The notes beneath the pieces are model-generated. The model was not told the origin of the DNA and ran no database searches. It saw only the letters and a program-made list of their open reading frames with translations. Below, in pieces: positions 18,960 through 28,742 of a stretch of 59,083 nt of DNA (position 1 is its first letter; every line of letters begins with the position of its first letter). The DNA is from a virus (lineage: Duplodnaviria > Caudoviricetes), in IMG/VR virus record IMGVR_UViG_3300032278_002689, positions 1 through 59,083 of that record. One strand, written 5' to 3'. Made by a program: the position numbers and the translations under genes.

Positions 18960-21624
18960 GATTTATCTCTATATCATCATCTTTTAATAAAGTAGTTCCA
19001 TCTTTGAAAGAGTTATCTAAATATGATTCTCCTGAACATTGAATTGAAATAGGAGTTTTAACTATGCCACATTTCTTATCAGGAAATATATTATTATTCA
19101 ACCACAGATCATATGTGTCCCATTTTGTATCTTTCAATTTCTTTCTAAAATACGTTTTTCTCTTTTTGTCTGTAGATATTAAATAACAATGTGCTTCAGA
19201 CATTCTATCTGTTATACCAAAATATGCATGATCTTCGTGATTCCAATCAGGAATTCTTTTTCCAAAAGACATATAATACAGATCATACTGATTTATATCA
19301 TCCAGTCGATCCATAATTGCTTTATGAACTTCATGTACTGGTTTTATAAAAACAGCATCACATTCACAAAATAAAACCGCATCAAATTCTTCGTTTAAAT
19401 GTTCATTTATAGCATCTCTATGGGCAGAAAAATTACCATAATGTGCTGGAGTTAATTTATATTCACCTGACTTCACTTGCACATCATTTGGTCTAGCACA
19501 TGTTTCTTTTGGGGGAAGATTTTTATATAAAGGATTTACCATTTGTACATATGTCCAATTTGCATGTTTAGATAATTTTTCAAGATGTCTTATTGATTCC
19601 TTTTCTCTTTCACCCTCTATATCAACGAGCATGTGAACTATTTTTATTTTTGGCAGGCGTCTTGTTGCCCACAAATTTCCCAACTCACCACGTTCTGTTA
19701 CTTGAGCATCAGCAATAACTTGATAACCAATACCTTCTAATCTCGCTATAAAATCATTTGCTTTGTCTTTCATAAAATCAACACCATGGTCATCCGTGCC
19801 ACATGGGTGTGCTTCCATAGAAAGTTTTCTCAACTTATATCTAAAAAAATCATCAGAAACAGCCGGAAATATGTCCCACTCCGCTCCTTCACAATCTATC
19901 TTTAATGCATCTATTCTATCAATATTATTATTTTTCATAAATTGTTCAAGTGTAACACAATTAACGATTTCTTCTTTTCTTACACCATGATTTGCTTCGT
20001 TGGCGGCATTATTATTATAAGTTTCATAAAAAGAATTACAAGAACTAGCACCGATAGTAATAAACGGTTTAGATGAATTATCAGAAGAAATTGCTAAATT
20101 ATATTTTTCAACATTTTTATATTCTTCCACATTTTTACATAAAATATCAAAAGTTGTTTTGGTGGGCTCAATCGTATGAATATGAGAAACTTTTTTATTT
20201 AAAGCATACAAATCAAAAAATCCATAATGTCCACCAATGTCAATTACAGTATCTCCTTCTATCAAATTTAATTTATCATAATAATTTAATATCAAAGTTT
20301 CATAAAAAGTGTACCAAGAAGAAGGATCATCTGCTATTCCATAAAACTTTTTTCTTTCTCCGAGAATTTTAATATCTACTTCAGTTTTCCATGGAAACGA
20401 TTTTTCATATAAAAGATGATGATTGTCTAATAAATTCACATCATTTAAATTAGAATAATAGTTTTTAGGAGCATCAAATATTTTTACTATAAATCCATTT
20501 GTAACATCTTTACCACAATGCGGCTGACACCACATTGAATTTGTCAGAATGTGTGATCTGTAAGTCAACAAACCAGTATCTATTTCATATACACACAACA
20601 ATTTCTCATGAAAACATTCATATAAATTTAAAAAATGAAAAGTTATTTTTGTTTCTTCAAGCGAACAATTTACAAGGCGATCACTAATGTTCAACATTCT
20701 ATGTATTTTAATTAAATTAATATTAAAATCTTCAGAAAGCCAAGTAACTTTTTCATCATATTTGTCAAGATATGAATCAATTTTATGCGATAATACAGGT
20801 ATATTCCAAGACAATGCCTCTTTCAATACTAGTGGATTCGTTTCTTTATCATAACCACTGCCTTTGGAAGTAAACAAAAATAGATCCATACATGAATAAA
20901 ATTTTTCTATATCATCTCTTTCTCCCCAAACCGTACAATTATCAGGAAGTTCTTTTGTTAAGGGGTCCCAGTAATCTTTAAAGTTTTCCGCAAGATTTCC
21001 TACAAAATGAAACTGGACATCAGTTAAGTGTTTAGCATATTCAATAACTTCTGCTTGGTTTTTTCTTGATGTCCATAACCCAACATTCAATACGTGTTTT
21101 AAGGCAGGATCAACACCCAATTCTCTCAAAGCAACATCTCTTTGTTTTTCTGATGTTTTTTTATCAACAGGATATTCTATGACACATGCAGGAACATCTA
21201 TTGACCTAAATTTTATTAATTGATTATCACTACAAAATAAAAATTTATCTGGTAAAACTTTCTTTGAGGAAGGATCGAAAGAAGAATCGTGAGAAGTTTC
21301 AAAAATTAAATAATTTCTATTTTTATTATAAATTTTTTCGGCTATTTTATCATCCATAAAGAATTCAGGCATTTCTTCAAAATGAACAATATGGGGTTTT
21401 ATTTCATCTAAATACTTCAGAATATCATCTTTATTATCAGATAAAGTTATTAAACGTTCATTTAGAATGTTTAATATTTTGTCCTTTTGAACCCTATAGT
21501 GTCCGTAATCACTATATTCTATTACATAAATATCATTGTCCCCATGCAACAATTCAATTTTTTTAAGAAGATATTGGGGTGCGCCACCTGTAGATAGATG
21601 GGGTGTAATATATAAAATTCTCAT
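18946..21624 (-). CDS. Multidomain GT4 glycosyltransferase + FkbM-family methyltransferase + C-terminal GT-A-like domain
   Basis: ITPHLSTGGAPQYL...VGLWTSRKNQ...ETNPLVLKEALS; VIDIGGHYGFF...IEP...KIDCEGAEW; LFCECDA...AHCYLI. Start at ATG 21624. Confidence 0.85.
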   Translation of the reverse strand: MRILYITPHLSTGGAPQYLLKKIELLHGDNDIYVIEYSDYGHYRVQKDKILNILNERLITLSDNKDDILKYLDEIKPHIVHFEEMPEFFMDDKIAEKIYNKNRNYLIFETSHDSSFDPSSKKVLPDKFLFCSDNQLIKFRSIDVPACVIEYPVDKKTSEKQRDVALRELGVDPALKHVLNVGLWTSRKNQAEVIEYAKHLTDVQFHFVGNLAENFKDYWDPLTKELPDNCTVWGERDDIEKFYSCMDLFLFTSKGSGYDKETNPLVLKEALSWNIPVLSHKIDSYLDKYDEKVTWLSEDFNINLIKIHRMLNISDRLVNCSLEETKITFHFLNLYECFHEKLLCVYEIDTGLLTYRSHILTNSMWCQPHCGKDVTNGFIVKIFDAPKNYYSNLNDVNLLDNHHLLYEKSFPWKTEVDIKILGERKKFYGIADDPSSWYTFYETLILNYYDKLNLIEGDTVIDIGGHYGFFDLYALNKKVSHIHTIEPTKTTFDILCKNVEEYKNVEKYNLAISSDNSSKPFITIGASSCNSFYETYNNNAANEANHGVRKEEIVNCVTLEQFMKNNNIDRIDALKIDCEGAEWDIFPAVSDDFFRYKLRKLSMEAHPCGTDDHGVDFMKDKANDFIARLEGIGYQVIADAQVTERGELGNLWATRRLPKIKIVHMLVDIEGEREKESIRHLEKLSKHANWTYVQMVNPLYKNLPPKETCARPNDVQVKSGEYKLTPAHYGNFSAHRDAINEHLNEEFDAVLFCECDAVFIKPVHEVHKAIMDRLDDINQYDLYYMSFGKRIPDWNHEDHAYFGITDRMSEAHCYLISTDKKRKTYFRKKLKDTKWDTYDLWLNNNIFPDKKCGIVKTPISIQCSGESYLDNSFKDGTTLLKDDDIEINHEEF

Positions 21625-21638
21625 AAACACTTTTGAAG

Positions 21639-21646
21639 GCTAAATA
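21639..21646 (+). promoter_or_regulatory. Putative late promoter GCTAAATA for 21723 gene
   Basis: Same octamer as at gp2 and gp48, in an intergenic gap and oriented toward the rightward genes. Confidence 0.5.
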
Positions 21647-21683
21647 TATATAATATAAACAAAATATACTGTTACAATTATAT

Positions 21684-21712
21684 AGTTTACACTATTTTGA
21701 ACTTAATGTCAA
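21684..21712 (-). promoter_or_regulatory. Sigma70-type promoter TTGACA-N17-TAAACT driving GT-GT-gp33-gp59-gp32
   Basis: The minus strand reads TTGACA TTAAGTTCAAAATAGTG TAAACT: perfect -35 and exact 17-nt spacer. Confidence 0.75.
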
Positions 21713-21722
21713 TGGATTATTT

Positions 21723-22694
21723 ATGACACAATACAGACACTTATATTGGGATTCCGGAAATAAAGACCTTCGGATGTATCAAAATGCACATATAGACACC
21801 CTTAGTTATTTTTTAAGAAAAAGATATGCTGATCTTTTAAACACAACCGACACTACTCCAGGTTGGGTAGGAAAGACTCAGCCCGGCGGAGCAGGCTCAG
21901 CCGGAATAGGAAGTGCTAATAATGGTGTAAGATCATCGGGATCTCATACAGAAACAGATGATAATACTCCCACAGGTGGATACGAACCAGATACAACTTT
22001 TAGTAGTGATCAAACATCTATCACCAATACACAAAACTTTTTTTATCAAAATATAAATCATAGTACAGCGGCTCCTGTAGAAGCAACGATAAACACCAGT
22101 GGACTATTATATTGGCTAAGTCCCGATTTAAAAATAGGACCAATCAGCGAAACGGATCTTCGGGATACACTTGCAGATCATTGTCTTACTCAAATGGAAA
22201 CTGGAGATGAAGTGGGCACTTATAGAGTATCCGTTTCTGCTCCAAACACCGCAAGTGGAATATCTGGTGGATGGGTTGACAAAGGATCATTTTTTACAGA
22301 TTCAATCTATGGTAATGCTAGTTATAATGATTATAGATTATGGTTAAAAACTGCAAATACGACTGAACCATCATCTCCAGATAACTATATTAGATGGGAC
22401 AGCACCAATAATGAAATACAACTAGAAACTAGTACACTTTATAGTTCCACTGCTAAATTAATAAATGATGTTTATATAAACATACTCCATAGAAGAGCCC
22501 CATTATATAATGTTCAAACTACTAATAGTGGTAACCATAGAGGAACATTTTACGATAAAAAATATGACAGTTACACAAATGTATTAAGTGGTCCATCAGG
22601 CGGAGTATACACAAGAACATATACGCCGTCCGGATCTATTGTAGATAACAACGGACCTTACTATTTCGTAAGTCCTGGTCAAAGAACCCCATAG
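21723..22694 (+). CDS. Putative virion structural protein, Ser/Thr/Gly-rich with three internal repeats
   Basis: Repeats HLYWDSGNKDL / LLYWLSPDL / YIRWDSTNNEI and GSFFTD / GTFYD. Late-promoter-like motif upstream. Confidence 0.55.
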   Translation: MTQYRHLYWDSGNKDLRMYQNAHIDTLSYFLRKRYADLLNTTDTTPGWVGKTQPGGAGSAGIGSANNGVRSSGSHTETDDNTPTGGYEPDTTFSSDQTSITNTQNFFYQNINHSTAAPVEATINTSGLLYWLSPDLKIGPISETDLRDTLADHCLTQMETGDEVGTYRVSVSAPNTASGISGGWVDKGSFFTDSIYGNASYNDYRLWLKTANTTEPSSPDNYIRWDSTNNEIQLETSTLYSSTAKLINDVYINILHRRAPLYNVQTTNSGNHRGTFYDKKYDSYTNVLSGPSGGVYTRTYTPSGSIVDNNGPYYFVSPGQRTP

Positions 22695-22705
22695 AAGGAA
22701 ATATA

Positions 22706-23602
22706 ATGATTACTCTAGAAGAAACATATCACGCCTCTGATTACGAAACATGGTTCGCCTACTGGAAACAATGTAGAGTTGCTACGGTTTACTTCAAATT
22801 TGCGCCGGGCTATACCGGAGAAGACAATCCTCTCCAAATACGTTTTAGAGAAATACCCGAAGGTGAAGATATGACTAAACCTCATCCAGACATTGAGGTA
22901 CAAATAATTGAATCACAAACAGAAACATATTGTGTTAGGGCACTATTAGACGCCCTACCCGAAGATTCTGTCTACAAAACCTTTTCCTTAATAGAGAAAT
23001 CTACACAAAATTATTATGATACCATAACAAAAAGAGAAAAAGAATTTAATGAATGGCAAGAATATAAAAAAAATGGTAATCTTACAATAGAAACTGTTGA
23101 TGAAACAAAACCCATCACATGGGAATCCATAAGAAATGCTTCAACAGAAGAATTGTTTCAAACAAAACTTGAAATATTTGAATCACCGCCCGTTCAAGAG
23201 ACTAATAAAAAAGAGTATCGTTCTGCTGTTAGAAAATCAAGTTCAATCATTGAGGCAATGTATTGGTACTATTTAATAGTTAATGAAGGTGAAGAAGACG
23301 GGGCGCGGTCAAAAATGGAAACAATTCCTGAAGATATAAATTCATTACTTATAGATATTCCTTCTGAATCAATTTTTAAATGGAAATTACAGATTTTCGA
23401 AAGAGAAGAAGTTCAAAATAGCGAAAACAAAAGAGCAAGAAGCAAAATTAGAAAAGCAAATAATTTAGTTGAACTATTTTCAGCCTATAATGAATTGGAT
23501 GAATCGGATCCAACAACTCCAACCATTGCAGAAAAATTTAAAAATTTAAATGATGAGGAAAAAGAAGAACTCAGAGAACTTCTTCAAGATAAAAAAGAAT
23601 AA
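22706..23602 (+). CDS. Hypothetical acidic protein with duplicated helical domain (possible assembly chaperone)
   Basis: EELFQTKLEIFESPPVQETNKKEYRSAVRKS versus ESIFKWKLQIFEREEVQNSENKRARSKIRKA; RBS GAAGGA. Confidence 0.6.
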   Translation: MITLEETYHASDYETWFAYWKQCRVATVYFKFAPGYTGEDNPLQIRFREIPEGEDMTKPHPDIEVQIIESQTETYCVRALLDALPEDSVYKTFSLIEKSTQNYYDTITKREKEFNEWQEYKKNGNLTIETVDETKPITWESIRNASTEELFQTKLEIFESPPVQETNKKEYRSAVRKSSSIIEAMYWYYLIVNEGEEDGARSKMETIPEDINSLLIDIPSESIFKWKLQIFEREEVQNSENKRARSKIRKANNLVELFSAYNELDESDPTTPTIAEKFKNLNDEEKEELRELLQDKKE

Positions 23603-24231
23603 TCTATATCTTCATATTTAAAATGAATGATTTTAATGTCATCATGAAATCCGTCTAAATAAACATATTCTCCTGGATACATAGAATTTATTGATGCGAG
23701 TTCTTTTAAATTTTTTTTATTACACATTCTAGTTACCCATGTTTCAGGAAGATATTTTAATTTTAATTTTTTCTTTACTTGATCTTCTACAAAATATTGT
23801 TCCCCATTAACTGGTCCTGTTGTTATTTCACGTATAATATAATGTTGTGACCAATAATTAATATTGCTCATAAATTCATCATAAATGTATTTACAGTCTT
23901 TTGGATAATATTTTTGAAATCCACCACATAATGAATAATTTTCATTCCAGGTATCACTCCACCAAGATTTTACGGATAAAAATTCTCCTCTTTCTATGGG
24001 ATAATCAATAGCTTTAATGTAATCATTAATATAAAAAGTATCAATATCAATTACAAGAACTGGCTCATCAATATCCATATTCATGACTCGTAATTTATTC
24101 CATTGTAAATCTACTCCGGACAATTCATCTCTAATCCATGTAACATTCGATATTTTTGAATTAATATAATCTTCAACTCTTTGATCATATTTGTCACGCA
24201 CTCTAACTGCAAATACTTTTGTTTTATTCAT
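23584..24231 (-). CDS. GT-A fold nucleotide-sugar transferase-like protein
   Basis: KYDQ...WNKL...VIDID (DxD)...GEQYFV...IIHF. Confidence 0.6.
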   Translation of the reverse strand: MNKTKVFAVRVRDKYDQRVEDYINSKISNVTWIRDELSGVDLQWNKLRVMNMDIDEPVLVIDIDTFYINDYIKAIDYPIERGEFLSVKSWWSDTWNENYSLCGGFQKYYPKDCKYIYDEFMSNINYWSQHYIIREITTGPVNGEQYFVEDQVKKKLKLKYLPETWVTRMCNKKNLKELASINSMYPGEYVYLDGFHDDIKIIHFKYEDIDYSFLS

Positions 24232-24743
24232 TTTCGGAAAACTGTGAAATCAATTGCAAATCTTTTCTTATCAGAAAGAATTTCTTCACCCGAATGTTTT
24301 TCTGACGGATCAAAAATACAAAATGATGTTGGTTTGATATAGTTGCTCATTCCGTTGTAAAAAAATCCACCACCCCATTCTTCTTTCCAATCACTATTAA
24401 TAATTCCTAGAATCTTAACACAATTATTATCTTTTTCCTCATCTATGTGTATATTATTTGGTGTATGTTTATCCTTTATTGATATACCACATAAACAAAT
24501 CTCTGGAATAAACAACCCTCGACCCCCTGTTTCATGAATCTGAAGTAATAATCCCATAGCAAGTCCCGCTAAAAGGGGATGTCTCATTCCATTAGTATTA
24601 ATAATGTCTAGTTTTAAAAACTTATCTTCGATTGAAAATTTTTCTCCAGCAGGAAATTTCAGATTCCAATTTTCAGAAGTAGATGCAAAGTATTTGAGTG
24701 TATCCAAATAATCTGGACTACAACAATTATTTAATATTTTCAT
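24228..24743 (-). CDS. 2OG-Fe(II) oxygenase
   Basis: HID...NSDWKEEWGGGF...FDPSEKH...KRFAI (HxD...H...R). Confidence 0.75.
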   Translation of the reverse strand: MKILNNCCSPDYLDTLKYFASTSENWNLKFPAGEKFSIEDKFLKLDIINTNGMRHPLLAGLAMGLLLQIHETGGRGLFIPEICLCGISIKDKHTPNNIHIDEEKDNNCVKILGIINSDWKEEWGGGFFYNGMSNYIKPTSFCIFDPSEKHSGEEILSDKKRFAIDFTVFRK

Positions 24744-25531
24744 ATAGATTTAATCATATTAAAATGTTTATAAACTTCACGTTCTCTTACAACTTCTCTA
24801 TATTCCCATTCAACTTCTGGAATCCATAAACCAGCAGAAGAAGCAGATTTTTCTAAAAACCAATGATGATTATATAAAAAAATTTTTGGATCTTTATATT
24901 TTTCTCTAACTCTTTCAGTTCCAGCATATTCATTATCTCTAAATCCTTCACCAGGAATACTTACGTTCAATAAAAATTCTCTATTCCAAATAGTCGGTTG
25001 ATGGCACAATAAAAAACCACTGTCTCTTTTGGCCTTTAAAACTTTTTTATTTTGTACATAATGATCAGTTTCTTCATATTCATCTAAAACATAGGAAGAT
25101 GTAAGTCGATGTAATCTCAGTCCATTCACATCATTGAATCGTACAAACCTTAATAATGAATTAAACAAGTTTGCATCAATCTGTTTAAATGGCCATTGAT
25201 CTTCTTGCATGTATAAAACATACTTTGTTTGAACCGAATTTAAAGATGTTATAAGTCTATCACTCCACCCCTCATCAATTTGCTTTGGGCCCCCATAAGT
25301 AGGTAACCAATCTCGTTCTTCGATTCCCATATATTTTTTACTTTTACCCGTTTTAATCTGAAGTATTCTCTGATCATTAAAGGGTAATTCTATTTCTTCA
25401 TTGCAAAAATATATGGGCCATCCTAAATCTAAAAATTCAAAATGATCAAACATAGTATACCAGCCATCCCAAAAATGACTGTATTCGTCACACGTATGAA
25501 TTATGATACTTATATTATTGTTATGGGGCAT
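24740..25531 (-). CDS. GT-A-like glycosyltransferase
   Basis: IHTCDEYSHFW...WSDRL...YVLYMQEDQW...HQPTIWNREFL. Start at ATG 25531. Confidence 0.6.
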   Translation of the reverse strand: MPHNNNISIIIHTCDEYSHFWDGWYTMFDHFEFLDLGWPIYFCNEEIELPFNDQRILQIKTGKSKKYMGIEERDWLPTYGGPKQIDEGWSDRLITSLNSVQTKYVLYMQEDQWPFKQIDANLFNSLLRFVRFNDVNGLRLHRLTSSYVLDEYEETDHYVQNKKVLKAKRDSGFLLCHQPTIWNREFLLNVSIPGEGFRDNEYAGTERVREKYKDPKIFLYNHHWFLEKSASSAGLWIPEVEWEYREVVREREVYKHFNMIKSI

Positions 25532-26594
25532 CGGTCCAAATATTACACAGTAAAATACGTTCTTTTGTTTCTGGTTTAGTGAAATCATATTCTCTAAAAA
25601 ATTCATCATTTACATGAATTGTTATATTTTCAAGACCAGCTTCAAGAAAAAAATCTGTTCTGTAACCCCAATCAGAACAGGTAAAAGCAGAATATTGCTC
25701 ATTATTTCTAAAAATTTTCACATGAATTGTTCCCTTTGGGGGCATAGCAAAAAATCTATATCCTTGTTGGGGTTCATACCACGCAAGACATATCCAAGGA
25801 TATTCAGCATCAGTATAAATTTTTTGTTTTTCGAAACCTATTCTTTGAACAGTCTCTTCAAGATTTTTTATTTCAATATTTTCTTCAAAAGTATTTGTGT
25901 TTTTATTCATATAAGATACACCAAGAACATATCCTAATAATTCTTCTCCCATCTGCATACCATAATCAACAATCATTTTTTTAAGATGATCATTAGGATA
26001 CATATTCAATCTTCGATATAAAAAATCTACATTACAAGACATAATCAATGTCATAATTTGCCAATGTCTGATTCTTCTATCTCCCCAATGTTCAACATCT
26101 AAATCTTCTGTTTCTCGTTCATAAAATACTGCTTGTTTTCCTTGATTTAATATAGTATCACTATTTTTTATTAATTCATCATCAAAAGGCAAAAATCCAT
26201 CATAGTCAAATAGGTGTATTACTTTTTTATTAAGAAGTTTTGCATATGTGACACCAGCAAGTAATAAACGTAAAACTGCAAATATTGTGTTATTTTTAAA
26301 AAATTCTCTACTTGCAATATTAAAAATAGGGAAAGTTTCTCCTTTGTCGTCACCGCCATAACAATAATGAATTAAGTATCCTTTCAATGTGGGATCATCG
26401 ATCAAGATATTATCTTTATCATAAATTGCATAATCAACTAATTCTTGGGTGTCTTTATCAAGAGGCAAATGGCTCGTAATCAAAACATCATATCCAAAAG
26501 ATTTAAATTGTTTTATAAATTTATGACAACATGATTTTCTCTCTTCATCAGACAAATATGCATGTATCAAAATTATATCATTTGTTTTATCCAT
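25521..26594 (-). CDS. Hypothetical protein, possibly GT-A-like
   Basis: LITSHLP...DYAIYDKDN...HLFDYD (DxD); ORF coupled to both neighbours. Confidence 0.45.
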   Translation of the reverse strand: MDKTNDIILIHAYLSDEERKSCCHKFIKQFKSFGYDVLITSHLPLDKDTQELVDYAIYDKDNILIDDPTLKGYLIHYCYGGDDKGETFPIFNIASREFFKNNTIFAVLRLLLAGVTYAKLLNKKVIHLFDYDGFLPFDDELIKNSDTILNQGKQAVFYERETEDLDVEHWGDRRIRHWQIMTLIMSCNVDFLYRRLNMYPNDHLKKMIVDYGMQMGEELLGYVLGVSYMNKNTNTFEENIEIKNLEETVQRIGFEKQKIYTDAEYPWICLAWYEPQQGYRFFAMPPKGTIHVKIFRNNEQYSAFTCSDWGYRTDFFLEAGLENITIHVNDEFFREYDFTKPETKERILLCNIWTDAP

Positions 26595-27042
26595 AAATCC
26601 ACCCAGTTAAAGAATATCTTTTTCCTTTCAATACAGGATTAACTCTGTGTTCTAATTTTGAATCAAATCTAAGACAATCTCCCACATTCAATTCAATTGA
26701 ATCATAATCTTTAATTTCAAAAACTCCTCCTTGATATTCTACATTTAAGGGTATGACACATGTTTCTATTCTTTTACGATTGCTCAAGGTTTGATAATCA
26801 TTATGCCAATGATAATAATTTAACTTAGAATATTCTGAAAATTGAAATGTCATACCAGAACTATTAAATTTATTGTCCATAACAGAATCGTTTCCCCAAA
26901 TCCAAACCTTAGATTTTCTTTCAGAAGAAAATTCACCATTTATAATTTTAGCAGGATGAACTTTTTTTCTATAATTTATAATAAAGTCAAAACATTCTTC
27001 TTTTGTTAAGAAGTTTTTAATAATACGTATTTTTTTGTCCAT
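26587..27042 (-). CDS. 2OG-Fe(II) oxygenase (prolyl-hydroxylase/PKHD-like)
   Basis: NFLTKEEC...YHWHND...YQGGVF...HRVNPVLKGKRYSLTGW. Confidence 0.85.
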   Translation of the reverse strand: MDKKIRIIKNFLTKEECFDFIINYRKKVHPAKIINGEFSSERKSKVWIWGNDSVMDNKFNSSGMTFQFSEYSKLNYYHWHNDYQTLSNRKRIETCVIPLNVEYQGGVFEIKDYDSIELNVGDCLRFDSKLEHRVNPVLKGKRYSLTGWIYG

Positions 27043-27575
27043 TCTTCTGTTTTCATTGCAGGAGCAAAATTATGATTAAATAAACAAACTGAATAATTTA
27101 ATTCTTTTCGATTATAAGGATAAGACCAACATACTTCATCATAGATATTATAATCTATTTCTTTGTAAAGATATTCATCAATGCCTCTCCAATATTTTAC
27201 TCTGCTATAGTCTTCATCTTCATAAAATTTATCATAGATGTGAGAATAATCTCCTTTCCACGACATTATTGAAGAATTCAAAGGAGTATGAAACGGTTCT
27301 CTCCACCAGGCATTAATAAGTGTAAAATCATCTTTAATTAAATGAATTATAGAATCCTTAATAATTATATCTAAATCAAAATATAAATAATTTATATTAT
27401 CAGTACATTCTTTAAACATTTGTAATTTATCAAAAACAACACCTTCTCCTTCTCTTATGACATGATATTCAAATCTATATCTCAATTTTCCATGATTACG
27501 AATCATATGAAGAATATTATCAACATACCATTCATCATATTTATTTCCGGTACATACAAGAACAATGGTTACCAT
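27006..27575 (-). CDS. GT-A-like glycosyltransferase
   Basis: VCTGNKY...KLQMF...YFDLDIII...NSSIMSW...GIDEYL. Confidence 0.65.
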   Translation of the reverse strand: MVTIVLVCTGNKYDEWYVDNILHMIRNHGKLRYRFEYHVIREGEGVVFDKLQMFKECTDNINYLYFDLDIIIKDSIIHLIKDDFTLINAWWREPFHTPLNSSIMSWKGDYSHIYDKFYEDEDYSRVKYWRGIDEYLYKEIDYNIYDEVCWSYPYNRKELNYSVCLFNHNFAPAMKTEEWTKKYVLLKTS

Positions 27576-28339
27576 TTTCCTATTACCATAAATCTATCAT
27601 ATAGGGGCAAAGATCGTTTTCCTTTATACAAAACATCTTTAATTTGATTTTTTTCAATCAATTCATTAACATCTTTTACACAATTTATATGATCTTCTAG
27701 CTCAAAATAATTATTTGATTGTATCACTAAAATGGGTTTCGTTGGATAATCTTTATAATATTCTTTCATTAAAGCAATATCAGCCATATGTTCTGAAGAA
27801 GTGTTTATTATTAATTGTCTTCTTCTTAATTCTTTACGTTCAAAAAAATCTCCAAATTGTGCAATTTTAAACTTTTCATCAAAATGATTTTTATATTGTG
27901 CAACTATCTTATGACAATTTTCATCCAAATCATATAAATCAACTTGTTTTATTTTAAAAATATCCGATAACATTTCAATTAACGGATATCCAAACCACGA
28001 ACCTATTATGTCAATATGAGACTCATCAAAATATTGTATTTTTTCTAACTCTTGAAAAAGCCACAATTTTGATTCATATTGTCCCTGAGATACAGAATCT
28101 TCAAAACTATTAGAATATGAAGGTAAATTATTATTAATCCATTGATTAACCCAATAATATGGTGTTTCTCGATTATCATTTTCACATATAGAAATTTCTT
28201 CTTTGTGTTCTCCGATAATCTCTCTAATTGAACCAATTTCTGTATTAAGTTCTCCGATTTGTTCATTACAAGAACCTATTTCAATATTATGCAGACTTAT
28301 ATCATTTTTATTTTTTCGCCAATTATATATTTGTTCCAT
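27569..28339 (-). CDS. Class I SAM-dependent methyltransferase-like protein with N-terminal heptad repeat
   Basis: ESKLWL...IIGSWFG...YDLD...INTSSEHM...IQSNNY...RFMVIG. Start probably ATG 28339. Confidence 0.55.
   Translation of the reverse strand: MEQIYNWRKNKNDISLHNIEIGSCNEQIGELNTEIGSIREIIGEHKEEISICENDNRETPYYWVNQWINNNLPSYSNSFEDSVSQGQYESKLWLFQELEKIQYFDESHIDIIGSWFGYPLIEMLSDIFKIKQVDLYDLDENCHKIVAQYKNHFDEKFKIAQFGDFFERKELRRRQLIINTSSEHMADIALMKEYYKDYPTKPILVIQSNNYFELEDHINCVKDVNELIEKNQIKDVLYKGKRSLPLYDRFMVIGKW
28208..28291. repeat. Imperfect 42-nt tandem duplication encoding 14-aa coiled-coil units
   Basis: TTCTCCGAT...GAACC.ATTTC..TATTA.G twice; peptide HNIEIGSCNEQIGE / LNTEIGSIREIIGE. Confidence 0.65.
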
Positions 28340-28742
28340 ATACACAATAATGTTTATATTTTTTATTTTTACTTTGTATTTCAAATGAATTAAAAACTTC
28401 TGTCAGTTCATTATCTTCTATTAATTTATCAATCGAATGAATAGGATTACAATCACCATTATGTTCTTTATCATCACCTCTTAATATGAAAATTCCTTTA
28501 TGTATTCTACCTACAGGATATGTTTTTTCACAATTATAATGCAATACACAAGTATGTAATTTAACATTATCAAATACAAAATCATTACACATAACACTTG
28601 GCATATCTCTAAAATTAATATCATAATTTATATTATCAATTTCCATATCCAATCCCCTCAATGTTTTAATAAATTTAAAACTAGGACAACATAGTACAGA
28701 TATTTTTTCGTGATTTACAGCCCAATAGAATAACTTTTCCAT
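28323..28742 (-). CDS. Hypothetical protein, possibly a degenerate relative of the adjacent methyltransferase-like gene
   Basis: HYNCEKTYP...DCNPIHSIDKLIEDN...YCVYG parallels NTSSEHM...NCVKDVNELIEKN...FMVIG. Confidence 0.5.
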   Translation of the reverse strand: MEKLFYWAVNHEKISVLCCPSFKFIKTLRGLDMEIDNINYDINFRDMPSVMCNDFVFDNVKLHTCVLHYNCEKTYPVGRIHKGIFILRGDDKEHNGDCNPIHSIDKLIEDNELTEVFNSFEIQSKNKKYKHYCVYGTNI

